From Eledone cirrhosa (Eukaryota): a DNA stretch of 64,000 nucleotides. Location: NCBI GenBank assembly GCA_964016885.1, contig CAXHJY010000830.1, forward strand, positions 186,001-250,000, written 5' to 3'. The position numbers were made by a program, and so were the translations under genes. The notes below the pieces were generated by a model. That model had not been told where the DNA came from. It did no database searches and saw only the letters and a program-made list of their open reading frames with translations. Positions 38,170 through 51,248 of this stretch are shown piece after piece; position 1 is the stretch's first letter, and each line of letters starts with the position of its first letter.

Positions 38170-39640
38170 CTATGTATATAGGCTACTCTGTTTGGCTAAA
38201 GCAATTGACCGAAACGCCATTTCAAAATTTGCTCATATCGTTCATATTTCTTGCACTGCTCCACATATAGAATATGACACAATGAGCACAAACTGTTCTG
38301 ATGTTATATCTATCAGAAAGAATGCAGAGAAAATAGGAAATTCAATGTAGCAAGCTACCAGAATAAGTGTGACACAAGTGAGATAGTCGCGTGCAAATTA
38401 ATGGAACAAATGGGGAAGGTATTAATATTGTGGAGGGAGGACTTGAACCAAAAAGACATTTCATTAAGTCAAGCTATCATATATGATAAGGGAAAGTCTG
38501 TTTTATATGAACTGAAAGAGGAAGAAGGTGAATATGAAATGTGTGTAGGTAGTAATGGCTAGTTTTCTGGCAAAGTGTTGCACAAAGTGTCATGTTGTTA
38601 AGATAACTGGTGAACTTGCATTTGCAGATATAGAAATAGCTAAACATTCCATACAAATATTCTAAGCTATTTTACAGAGTGATAAATATCCCGAGAATCC
38701 TATTCTCAATGTAGGTGAAACAGGGTTATATTGAAAGAGAATGTCTTTAAAAACCTTCATTTTTTTTTAAACAAAGCCTGTAACTAGGATTTGAAGTTCC
38801 CCAAAAAATAGACTAATGTTCCCTTCATAATTAGTGTTAGTATTTCCAGAACGAAGAAATTGAGGTCAATGTTGATCTATCCTGTGGAAACAACTCATGC
38901 AGTGATGGAGTTAAATAAGTTACGATTGCTTATTAACTGGAAGTTGGAGAAGAACATAAAACAAACCATTTCGGTATTGTTGTATATGGTTTGCCATCCA
39001 AAGTTACTCTTCTGTTAGACCAGACTCCTGGCCATCCTCCCCGAAGTTCAAACAAAGCATAAAGTTAACGTAAATTACATGCCCCATATAAATATTCTAG
39101 CAATTATCAAGAAAATAGCTAATGTGCAAGACCCAAAACCTGCCATGAAAGAGTAAGTTTACTGTTTACTGACTGTCATTTAATGCTTTAAAATGCTATC
39201 CACATTATTGATATGACATGGAAAACAATCACTAAAAATTGCTTGAATGCAATTTTGGAGGAGATTTTATCCAAGTCAAGAAACAACTTTCAAGTATTTG
39301 GGTCTGCAGAAGAGAGCATTGCAATTATTAAAAAACGTCCAAGTTAGCAGTAGAGGCTTGATTGAATGTAGTTACAGAAGAATGTGATATTAATCTATGA
39401 GAGGAAAGGAAAAGAATTAACTCTTTCTACAGAAGAATAAGCAGACTTGGCAAACCACCTTGACACAGAAATAAATGAGAAGAAATATGAGCCAGCATGT
39501 GTTGTCAAGATAATAACAATAAATATGTTAATGCTCAGTCTTTGAATGAGGAATATTTTGAGGTGGATCGAGGCTGGAAGCAAATTAATTTACTTAAGAG
39601 GAGTTTAAATGAAACTTTAACACCTTACTATGATGATTTC
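38170..39640 (+). mobile_element. Decayed Tigger/pogo DNA transposon
   Basis: Remnant motifs ITGELAFADIE, ILNVGETGLY*KRM, LKSMLIY, LLLDQTPGHP, TWKTITKNCLNA; many stops and frameshifts. Confidence 0.8.
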
Positions 39641-39679
39641 AAAATAAAAGCCATAACCCATTAGTATCACAGTGTTCCC

Positions 39680-40310
39680 CATGCTATCAGAGGTCACACC
39701 TCTCCTCTTACTCATTACCCCATCAAATTCCACCACCCTATCATACTTGCCATATAGCCAAGATACCATTTTTATAATCCATTTTACCCCAAGTCTATCA
39801 TACTGTCTTTCGCTCACTATATATATAGGGTAGAAAAGGCTCTTCAGCTGAGTAAATATGACCAACAACCTCAAAAATTCCATGAAAAAATGTACCCAAT
39901 ACAGGAGGTAGTGACCAGAAGGGTACTGCTGTAAAAATACCATACAACGGTAATGTCAAGGGCATGACAGCCTTTCTAGTTTGGGTGAACTATATGATAA
40001 ACACATTCTGTAAAATGGTTTGTGAGAGGAAGGGCCTCAAGCTGTAGAAAACATGCCAAAGGGTCATGAGTATAAAATCCCTAGTTTTGATAATTTACAC
40101 TATATACTTTATGAAGTGGCTGGGGTTAGGGAGGGTATCTAACCATAGAAAACATGCCAGACAAAAAAGTCAAAAGGACTCTTCCACTGTGCCAAAAACA
40201 TGATATCCTCCCTAGCGTTGATGATCTACAAGATAAATGCACCCAGTATGCTCTGTAAAATGATAGGTGATAAGAAAGACCTCTAGCTGTAGAAAACTTA
40301 CCAGTCGAAT
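39680..40310 (+). mobile_element. Old RTE-tail element with three tandem terminal modules
   Basis: ctgtaaaatggt..aggaagggc..agctgtagaaaac module at ~40008, ~40110 and ~40253. Confidence 0.55.
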
Positions 40311-41229
40311 ATTACAGAACTAACTTGCTAAAATAAACAATTTTTTTTCTTTTCAATAACCATTGATTAAAATGTTTTCTTAAGCTTCAGTTATTCCTGA
40401 GATACTAGAGCACACTCAAACAAGCAATGAAGCAAAGAAATAAGATAAAAACAAAGACACCTAATTTGTTGATTTTATGTTGGATGTGTTCAACTTGGAT
40501 AGGAGGAATGGTGGGTATCATTATAAAACACAATAAGAAAGTAATAAGATAGTTTTTGTGTGTGTATATGAGTGTGAGAGTGAATGAGTATATATATATG
40601 TGTGTGTATATATTTAGATAAAAATACTACAGGTTCTTTCAAGCTATCAAAACCATAAAAATTATTAATCTCTCCAAATAATTTCAAATAAAGAGTAATA
40701 TTTTCTCTTCAGAATTAAATCGTCTAATGTATTTTTATTTGAATAATTGGAATTAAATTATTTTCCTTTACATGAAAACATTTTGAAATTAAGTTTTATA
40801 TTCTGCTGATAATATTTCAGATAAATGACAGAGGATTAGCAGAGTCCATAGAGCAGCAATGAAAATGTCCCGCGGTATTGTGTTATGTTTCTCTCACATT
40901 CTAAGTTCGAAACCTATCATGGCCTATTTTGCAGCTACTAGCTTATTTCACATTGTTGTGTGATCCATAGAGTAGTAAATTGGCAGTATTGGTAGAAATT
41001 CAGATAACATATTTTGCAGCATATAGTTCAAACCTCTTTATGGTCTGAGCTCAACTCTCGCCATGGTTAGCTTTGCCTTTCATCCTTAAAAGGTTGATAA
41101 AATAGAGTACCATTAATATACTGGGTCGATTTAATCAACTTTCCCCTCCTCTCATATTGTTGGCCATGTTCCTAAATCAGAATCTATCATTGTGGGATCT
41201 ATACAATAAGTATATCGACTATTTGTGCC

Positions 41230-41665
41230 ACTTCTTACCTATGATCATGAATGTTGGATAATAACTGAAGGAATACGGGGTTCCCCTGGAGGGTCTTTGG
41301 AGTAATATTACTTTTGAGAGTGCATAGCTCAGAGATAAGAGAATCACTCCAGGTAGAGCTGACACTTCTCTGAATTCAAAAATCACAGTTCTAATATTAC
41401 AGACATGTGGTTAGACTGTCTCAGAAAAGAATCACTGGACATATTCTATGGGAAAAACCAACTGGCAGGAGACCCAGGTGTAGAGCTTCAGCAAGATGTT
41501 TGGATAACACCCATAAGCTCAGCTGGTCTCACTTGGAGCTCCAGCCAGATTAATTGGAGACAGTTGCTTCTGGCAGGACTGCTGGAAGGACCACCCCAAC
41601 AACTCTCTCAGGAATAAGGAGGTGAAGAAGAAGATGAAGGAGGAGGACAAGAAGATAAAGAAGAC
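41230..41665 (+). mobile_element. RTE (Expander/Rex3-like) LINE 3' remnant
   Basis: HVVRLSQKRITGHILWEKPTGRRPRCR..LSWSHL frame; (GAA/GAG)n tail. Confidence 0.6.
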
Positions 41666-44600
41666 TATACCTCTTCCTCAAAATATGTGAATTTGAATGT
41701 TTATTTTACAAATCAGTGTTGTGAAAATGTAATTCATCATTTATCTGATAAATGAAAAACAGTTTTAAAGCCATACAATAAAATTAAACATTTTATTCTG
41801 TAATGTGGCTTGTGTTCAGAAGGGCATTCAGATATAAAATCATGCCCCAAAATGTATCTATGAGTATAGTGTGGTTTCCCACAGTCTAGAAGGACAGTAA
41901 TTCCAAAAACCATGCTGACCAGCGCTGGCAAACTCATGCCAGCATAGATAAGCAAACATAAAATGATGTTCGCAATAAATTCAGTCCTTGGTTCACTAAA
42001 AATATTTCAAATGAATCCTGAAATTAAGATTTGGAGAATGGGAAACTTTGAGGTTCATGTGTACATTACATGCATTTTACCTAAGATAACAGCACATATT
42101 ACAGGATGAAAAGAGGAGATATAACAATAAGACATTGAAAAAGAAAATTTTTCCTTAAACTCTTGATACCAGTATATCTATATATCTCTATAGAAAGAAT
42201 GACAAAAATCATTGTTGGTTTAAAGTAACACACCACTTTATTAGTAAATACATAAAGATTTGAATAAAAAATATTTTACAAAATTAGATAAATTTGAAAA
42301 TATAGTATGTACACCCTTAAAAAATATAAAATTCATGCTTAAACTGACTTTAAGTTTTAAAAAATAGTGCCATTTTGTGATATATGCTTTTACATTTCTT
42401 TGATACCAGTGAAAGTAAAGTAACTTTAGTTGATCTCCAACATGGGAAAAACAAGTTTTCTGTTACGTAAACCAAAATTTATTAATTTTATTTATTTATT
42501 TATTATTAGGTATAGTTGTAGTTACATTAATACCTATCTATTACTTTCCAAGTTTTCAATACATATGATAAAAAAAAACCCCACATCCTTGTGCTTGTTC
42601 AGCTTAATGTCAAAGTTTAGATACTTATATTAAAAAAGAGAGATGGAATTTTCTAGTGTGCAAAGACTGTGAGTGCACACTGAAAATATTGAAATTTTCA
42701 CTTAGAGCTTAAGTGTAAATAGCATAGAAAGAAAGTAAAATTCTGAATTGTCATATGATGTCAACATAGCAATATGTGAAGTAAATGAAACTATGAGAAA
42801 GTGTGTTGTAATGGAACAGCAAAGAGCTGGACTAGGATCAATACAATCTCAGGATCATGGATATAATAAAGAGGTTATGACTGCTGAATTTTGGCCAAGT
42901 ATACATAGCATGGTTAATGCACCAATACATCAACCAGATGACATTTTAAGATGTTTCTCACTTTTGCAATATTATGGCTTTTATATTTTTCTTCTTTTTT
43001 TTTCTCCATATTTTGTTTCTACATATGTTCTCTGTATCTGTAATTGTACTTAGTTATAAAATGATGTATTTGTCAATCAATCCAAGAATACCTCCCAGAA
43101 AAATGCGATTACAAACAAGAAGTTAGTATTTAACAAATATTTAATGGGTATGTGTATATTCTTAGCTGACTGTTGCTTAGCATTAGATCATTATTTTTAT
43201 CAAGTAGACCTGTTATCAAAGGTATTCCAGACACCACCATCTAAATGTTCTTTAGACCTTATCAAATATGTATTTCTTCTTTAAAAACAAAGGTGTTATT
43301 TAAAGAAGATTTGGCTGCTATTTTTAACAGATTGAGCAACTATGTACATTTCTTTCTTGGCTCTGTTAGTTGATTGGTTGAGATAGTCAGCATCTCGCAC
43401 TTGCAATGATAACATCTTTATATTCTAGAACAAAATTTTTTTTTTCCCTTTACAAGACCTAATTATAAATTAAGAATGCTTAAAGAGAATCAACACAATG
43501 CATATGCCAGGAAATGCAACACAGTAAATTTACAAATGCAATCTTGATCAGCACAACCGTGCTAATAATATGCAAGTGGCATTCAAATAAGCAATGCATA
43601 ATCATGTTAAAATGTTTATTTTGAGATCAATAATATAAACAACAGATTCTTTTAACTACAAAATCCTGCTGAAAACAGATAAAATTCAAGACTACAAATC
43701 TATAAACTTCAAATAAAGATGGACTGTTAAAGATATCTATGCTTCCAACAAATTTCTCAACCACATTATTTGCAGGAACATATTATTAAAAATTTAAAAA
43801 AGGTTCCTTGCTTAATGAAATATGGATGATGACCTTTTTTTTTTTATTTACCAAGTTATCATTTCCATTGATATTTGTCAATATTTTGCCCTCTACTTCA
43901 AACAATTTCAAATTCATTGCCAACGAATATTCATATTCAGTTTTAATGTTTGAAAAAAATGATAAGCAAAATTTGTCATTTTCTATTGATATTTATAAAG
44001 ATGAACCAGAATATTTTTTTGTGAATTAATATTTCAGTAATTCAAGGATTTGTAATTATTAATTTTGAGATGGGCATATATATCTTTCTGTGTTGATATA
44101 GATTTGAAAATTGGAAAATAATTCAGGAATTTTAATTTTTTGTCTTTCTAACTTGATTAAAAGCTTCTTGGGGAAAATTGATAACTTTCTGAATAACATT
44201 TATGATAAATTTATGATAAATTTATGATAATCCCTGATGTAGTTCATGTAAAACATGTTCAATAAGGTATATCACATATGTAATACACAAGATACATGCA
44301 TGGTGGATGCTAAAGTAGTTTGCTTCACAACCCTTCAGCCTGCTACCAGTGAATGGACATTGTGTAAGTGCACTCTAGTATAACTCTGGATTAACAAATG
44401 CCTTTTGAGTGAAATTGGGTCAACAGAAACTGTCAGGAAGCCTGTATGTGTGTCCATATTGCAGTTCAACAAATAGAAATTGATAAGCTAAGCATCAGAC
44501 ATTAAAATAAGTAATGAGGCTAATTGAGAGGTGGTGCCGTAGCATGGCTCCAGTTGAATGACTTTAAACCAGTTGAAAAATAATATTAAAACAAAATACT

Positions 44601-44919
44601 CGTCTAACTTTTAAAGGAATCAAGATGCTGAATGAGACTAATTATTTGTAGCTACATATTATATAAACCAGTTGTTCTCATATTTTTCATAGAAGTCTCA
44701 TACTATTTTCCAAAAAATCACTCATACTTATATTTCAAGATGAGGCACCATCAATATAATTTTAATAGATAAAATGAAACAAGAGAAAATTTATTCATAT
44801 AAAAAAAAACATTTTATATTAAATTTATAAAAAGAAACTTTATCTCACAGAACCCACATTGGGAAATACTAATAGAGACAGACAGACTGACATAGATAAA
44901 TGGCAAATAGTTAATAATT

Positions 44920-45004
44920 GTTTCTACTTTTGGCACAAGGCCAGCAATTACCCAGTGAATTACTGGTACTTTATTTTATCGACCCCGTAAGGATGAAAGG
45001 CAAA
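44920..45004 (-). mobile_element. 5'-truncated Meta-core SINE
   Basis: Reverse complement of the SINE 3' half. Confidence 0.9.
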
Positions 45005-45484
45005 AAACATGAGGAGAAAGGCAAACATTGCTGATTTTAAAGCATTTATAAAATCACAAAATGTATTGCTGATATACAGAATTTAGCAAGCAAAGACTTT
45101 ATTCATTAGATTCCAGCATAAAATATTATGAGTTTTCCATAATCACTAAGGTAGATTTGATTGAAAAAAGTTATCTTCTTCATTTATGTGTTCAATATAA
45201 ACAAAAAAATACACTAATTAAAATTATTTCCCAAATTCCTCAGGGTATTTATAAGCTGTAATGTAACAGTGGTTCATTATTTAAAAACATATTTCACAGA
45301 TTAAATATAAATATATAAAAATATATAAATATAACCAACTATTCATTTTGATTCACTAAAAAAATGAAATTTGCTGGTTCAGAGATATTTGTATTGCATA
45401 AAACTGAAGATTCTTACATACAAATATATATTCACTCACAATAATGTTTATAATACAGAAACTATGTAATATGATGGTTGCAGC

Positions 45485-45532
45485 TTAATAGCATCTGTCT
45501 TCTCCGTACCAGTTGTTGGTGTGTATCAGCGG
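45485..45532 (-). CDS. Candidate exon: 23-nt microexon (45510-45532, donor TG|gtacgg) or terminal exon PLIHTNNWYGEDRCY*
   Basis: ttgcataaaccag| acceptor after ~117 AG-free nt rich in CCAT/CCAC/CCAA. Confidence 0.3.
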   Translation of the reverse strand, partial: PLIHTNNWYGEDRCY

Positions 45533-45712
45533 CTGGTTTATGCAATATAGGAATGTGGATTGGTGGTTGGTTTAATATGAAATAAAGGTACAAGTTAATG
45601 GTTGGTTTAACAGAAAATATGGATGGTGTATGGGGTTGAGTTGAGGCATTTACTTTATATCTGGCTCATATTCATAGGTTAGGACAATCAACAGTCTTAT
45701 GTGTATACATAA

Positions 45713-45759
<47 letters not shown>

Positions 45760-45853
45760 CACACACACGCACAGATGTATGCACATACATATATACACAC
45801 ACATTCATATAAACATATACACTGATAGAGATATTTATTACAGAAAATATGCT

Positions 45854-46048
45854 TTAACCCTTGTATAAAACTATTCACAGAATATTTAAATCAGTATGCC
45901 CTATGAATTATATGATTCAGAAGGTAATAGCTCATGCTGTACAAAATAGAATATAAGAATTGTTAGTCTAAAATTTCACAGTATCAGATCATGAAATAAA
46001 ATACAGCTGTTTAGGTAGCACACTGTTTGCTGTCAGCAAATGGGTTAA
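45854..46048. mobile_element. TTAA-flanked MITE (second family)
   Basis: TTAA-CCC...GGG-TTAA termini about 190 bp apart. Confidence 0.55.
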
Positions 46049-48719
46049 ATTTGATATGCTTATAGTGAAGCATGAAATTGTAAAATAGATTTAATGTAGA
46101 TGAGCAGAAGAATTTGGTAACAGCGAGGCATTTGCAATAGCTTTCAATACATATATAAATGTGTTATATCTATAGTTAGTGATAAAATTCTTGTGAGCTA
46201 GTGATGAAATATGGTAACAATATGCCATGTGAAATAAGAAATGGAATGTTTACAATAACACTGAATTTGAGAACAGTCCAATACAACTGGGAATATTATC
46301 TCAGGTGTGAGGGAAATACCGGAATTGGTATGGAACCAGAATTAGTTGCTAATTTATTTTGCCAAATACATCAAAAAATATTTATTACCTTATATCAATA
46401 ACATTATAGTCATCCCTCTTGTGTTTTCCTACACACTTATAGCTTTAGTTAAGCTATATGCAAAATAACAACAAACTGATTTGTTGAACTGTTGTTTATT
46501 TCATGATAAACATTGACAAATCTAAGAAAGAGCAATCTACCTCTAAAGTCCAGGTCTTTTTACCTGCCTCACCAGAAGTTCATTTTCTGCAGACCAATTC
46601 AATAACAAGTCTGCAATAAAGGTCCTTCATCAAGAGTTCATCTTTTACTAGCTCACAGGCAATACTCTACATAGTGTCCCCTCAGAATTGTTGACTGTCA
46701 TTAGAATCGATAAGGTCTTTTTACCCGCCGACCTATGCATGTAGTTAGTAGGCTCTTTGGTGACTGTTCTTCATCAGGTGTTGGTGTAACTTGCCTAAAA
46801 TGATTGGTGATAGGAAAAGCAATTAGCTGTAAAAATCATGCAAACAACATAACATTACACAACAAAGGTGGCCTATTGTCTCTCCATGTTTGAAATTCTA
46901 GATGATGAAGGGCTTGTGACAAATAGCAAAATCCTGAGTGTTATCCAAACCATGCCATCATTGAAAACCAACCATAACATTGTAATGATTATGACACTAT
47001 TAAGTTACATAAACAATAAACGATGCTAGAAAACAATTTATTCTCTCATGAAAAACTGAATCCTTAAAAGACATATGGTAAGATTGAGTATGACAGTTTC
47101 CATAAGACTAACTAGATAAATGTATTCCAAGATGGAATCAAATCATAGCTTCCTTCAAGAGTTCAATATTTTACAGCTGCTAACAAGGAATTGGAATATA
47201 GAATAACATTTCCACATTATCTCTATATTCTATTGCAAAAGCTGCAATGTTAAGGATTAATGGAAACATTGCAGCAATATTTTTGGAAAACTCCTAAAGA
47301 TGTGGTGCTCACATCAATGACTATAGTTAAGTGTGATCGCAGCTGTGTTCTCTATCAATAATTGCATTTACATATACTTAATTTATGAATAGTTGATATC
47401 AATTAGCATTTAGGTGTCGAGTTCTGGAGTTTAAACTACTAGTTTTAAAATTCTGAATGGATTAATTATGAGATATCTCACTCACCACAGTAGCTTCTAG
47501 TCTTTTGTAGTTTACTATCAGATAGTATGGTTTCCATTTCAGAATATCTACTCTCCTAAATATGTAGCCTTTACCATAGCTTATATAAATTCCTTTGCTT
47601 AGTGATAAGGAAAAATATTGATGGAGTTAACAACAGTAAAAAGTACAATAGTAACGAAATAGATGAATTAAGAAATATCCTTACAAACATCAACATCAGT
47701 CTAGAGAATTCATGCGTTAAATTCAAAAATCTTTTGTAGAATGAACAATAAATAGAGTTTTGTTGTGAAATAACTCATTCAAAAAGAGAGAATATATTTT
47801 GTTTCCACAATACATTGAAAAATTATTTATTAGTCCAATAATTCAGCAGATGAATATGAAACTGTAGCAAACAATGCATTTAAGACATTTATAGGATATG
47901 AACGGTACTAATGAAAGTCTAATATAAAGAAGAAACTGGTAGAAATAATGTAAAAAGAAAGAGTTGGGGGATACTTGAATAATTTATTGCAAGACTTTAG
48001 AAACTTCTGTATGCTATTTTTTTCTCCTCACTTTTTCTCTCACGCTCCTCACCACTCATATAAATATTACAAAATTATATCAGTTTACTATAAAACTATA
48101 CAATCTTGAAATTAGCTTAAACATCAAATCATATTGAAGTGGTTTCAATAGATATATATAAAAATATGTACTCTCAACATAGACAATTTATTTAATTTCT
48201 AAAAAAATGTCTTTCTTTACTCATAGCATTAGTATCAGCATATGAAAAAAGGGAACAGGAAAATAGTGCAGACAAAGAGATGTAGGAATAAAAACAGAGA
48301 GGAAAAAGTGATAAACAAAGATAGAACAGAAAGAAAAAAAGACATACACATAGAAGATGAGAATAGTATGTAAAAGTAGGCAATAAATAAATGAAAAGAG
48401 AGAAAAATAAGGAGAGAACAGAAAAGCCAATCATCAATTTGGCAATAAAACCTTAACTATTCCTTATGTATATAACAATTGAAATTGTTTCAAGAATCCT
48501 CCTGAGTACCACAGCTATAATAAGTAAATTATGAAGACAATTTAATTTAATTTCAGTAAAGACTGCTACATTTAACATAATCTGCACTGAGCATACTAGA
48601 TTATACTGTCAACATTATATTTATAATCTATTTGTCTTTTCTTAGTTTACACTAATATAACATTTGTCTACAAATATATATGTATATATATATATATGTA
48701 TATATATATACATATATAT

Positions 48720-48926
48720 ATAGGAACAAGTATGACCCCGACGGCAGAGCTCAAGCCGTTTCGACGGCTAATTCTGGACATAGTAACAGTCCAGAATTAG
48801 CCGTCGACACGGTTTCAGCTCTGCCGTCGAGGGTCATTCTTGTTCCTATTACCCATTCTACTACCCTAAGTATTGAGTACTTTGGTGCATTATGGTCCAT
48901 CTGGTTCGTCACCACATTTCCTTTGT

Positions 48927-48930
<4 letters not shown>
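48720..48930. repeat. GC-rich foldback element: 60-bp inverted arms plus an 80-bp tail, inside a TA microsatellite
   Basis: Arms 48720-48779 and 48789-48849 differ by 4 substitutions and 1 indel; 9-nt loop. Confidence 0.9.
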
Positions 48931-48971
<41 letters not shown>

Positions 48972-48976
<5 letters not shown>

Positions 48977-49146
48977 TCATCATCATCATTTCATTTTACG
49001 TCTGCTTTTTCCCTGCTTGCAAGGGTGGGACAGGAACTGATTTTGGCTTGATTTCTACAGCCGGATGCCCTTCCTAACACCAACCTCATTTACAGTGAGT
49101 GCTGGGTGCTTTTTTTGCCGTGGCACCTCCACGACCACTTTGCAGT
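48972..49146 (-). mobile_element. RTE 3' UTR fragment (subfamily B-like)
   Basis: (cat)n tail, ggatgcccttcctaacaccaacctcatttacagtg. Confidence 0.8.
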
Positions 49147-49174
49147 GGAATGATATGGACCCCAGTCCCTATCA

Positions 49175-49319
49175 TCTCATTTCTACAGCTGAGTAAATTG
49201 GAGCAATGTGAAATAAAGTGTCTTGCTCAAGGAAACAACACATCACCCGGTCTGAGAATTGAACTCACAACCTTTCGATTGCAAGGCCAATGCTCTAACC
49301 ACTAAGCCATGTGCCTCCA
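49175..49319 (-). mobile_element. tRNA-head SINE
   Basis: Minus strand ggaggcacaTGGCTTAGTGGttagagc..GAGTTCAATTC..ccttgagcaagacacttt (A and B boxes). Confidence 0.8.
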
Positions 49320-49328
49320 TTATATATA

Positions 49329-49755
49329 GAAGTGGTTACACAACAGTTAGTTCACCATACTGAGTACAATTGTTTCACCTTAGCGGATCCTCAGCTTGTA
49401 ATGGGCATGGTTATACAGAACAGGAAGGACAGCCGTACGAACGCGCATACGCAGAAACCCGTCATTTCACACAGGTAATGCTAAAATGCGTGCTAGAATG
49501 TGTAAGGGAAATAACTGCTAAAGTCCGAAAAGTTTTTAGTTGATAAGAAAAAATATTGATGTTGTTACAATAATTCATTCAACCCGGAGCTTTGTAGCTA
49601 TGCAATAGGTGTTTCGAGACGTGTGGACGACGTGTGAAAAATTCATATCTCGTGTTTAGGCAATCACTATTGCATAATCTCTTTAGAATATTTATTCGTT
49701 CGACAATACACAGTCCACACGAGGGATTTCCCCTTGCATATGGCTTGGACTTAGT
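49329..49755 (-). mobile_element. Penelope-like element 3' fragment
   Basis: KSKPY..CGLCIVERINILK..CLNTRYEFFTRRPH (GIY-YIG C-terminus) at ~49590-49752, followed by UTR and a hammerhead. Confidence 0.8.
49358..49400 (-). ncRNA. Candidate minimal hammerhead ribozyme
   Basis: ag-CTGAGGA-tccgctaaggt-GAAA-CAATTG-TA-ct; palindromic stem III; weak stems I and II. Confidence 0.6.
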
Positions 49756-50100
49756 GATGGCTGTCCATCTCGAGGAGTTACTTTCCCTGAAACCACCCTC
49801 TAATTAGTAAGGTAAGTATGTCCTTTGGCAGCCATCTTGTTACCTATAGGCAGATCTCACACAATGCAGCCTCTACAGATGAATACTGCTTGATTATGGC
49901 TGACAACTGATGCAACCAAGACACCATAGTGAAAAAGCAATATATGGAACATTATATTATGTAACATTCTCTCATTATTTTAATTTATATTCCTTTGAAG
50001 TTGCGATGAGCTGCTCTGTTTTTTAAATATGTTAATTATTTTCAACTGAACCAGATCCATCATGATATATAAGTCATCTGATCCAGAAATATTATATGGA

Positions 50101-50192
50101 GTATATATATATATATGTATATATATATATACATATATATATACATATATATACATACATATATATACATATATATACATACATATATATAC

Positions 50193-50245
<53 letters not shown>

Positions 50246-50300
50246 CATATATATATACATACATATATATACATATATATATATACATATATATACATAC

Positions 50301-50333
<33 letters not shown>

Positions 50334-50479
50334 CATATATATACATACATATATATACATATATATATATACATACATATATATACATATATATATATAC
50401 ATACATATACATATATATATACATATATATATATACATACATATATATACATATATATATATACATATATATATACATA

Positions 50480-50511
<32 letters not shown>

Positions 50512-50560
50512 CATATATATACATATATATATATATATATACATACATATATGTACATAC

Positions 50561-50597
<37 letters not shown>

Positions 50598-50598
50598 C

Positions 50599-50635
<37 letters not shown>

Positions 50636-50636
50636 C

Positions 50637-50677
<41 letters not shown>

Positions 50678-50769
50678 CATACATATATATACATACATAC
50701 ATATACATATACATACATACATATATATACATACATACATATACATACATATATATATATACATACATA

Positions 50770-50827
<58 letters not shown>

Positions 50828-50937
50828 CATATATATACATACATATATATATATACATATATATATACATACATATATATATATACATATATATATACAT
50901 ACATATATATATATACATATATATATATACATACATA

Positions 50938-51021
<84 letters not shown>

Positions 51022-51030
51022 CATATATAT

Positions 51031-51074
<44 letters not shown>

Positions 51075-51096
51075 GCATATATATATATATACATAC

Positions 51097-51144
<48 letters not shown>

Positions 51145-51190
51145 GCATATATATATATATACATACATATATATATACATATATATATAC

Positions 51191-51221
<31 letters not shown>

Positions 51222-51248
51222 CATACATACATATATATATACATATAT
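50101..51248. repeat. Long (TA)n/(TACA)n compound microsatellite
   Basis: Direct reading. Confidence 0.99.

Noticed and set aside
42748-43053. 101-aa ORF or possible Tc1 remnant
   Set aside because: No diagnostic motif or TIR could be confirmed
49230-49319. tRNA gene
   Set aside because: A and B boxes are present but there is no complete cloverleaf, and it continues into a SINE body
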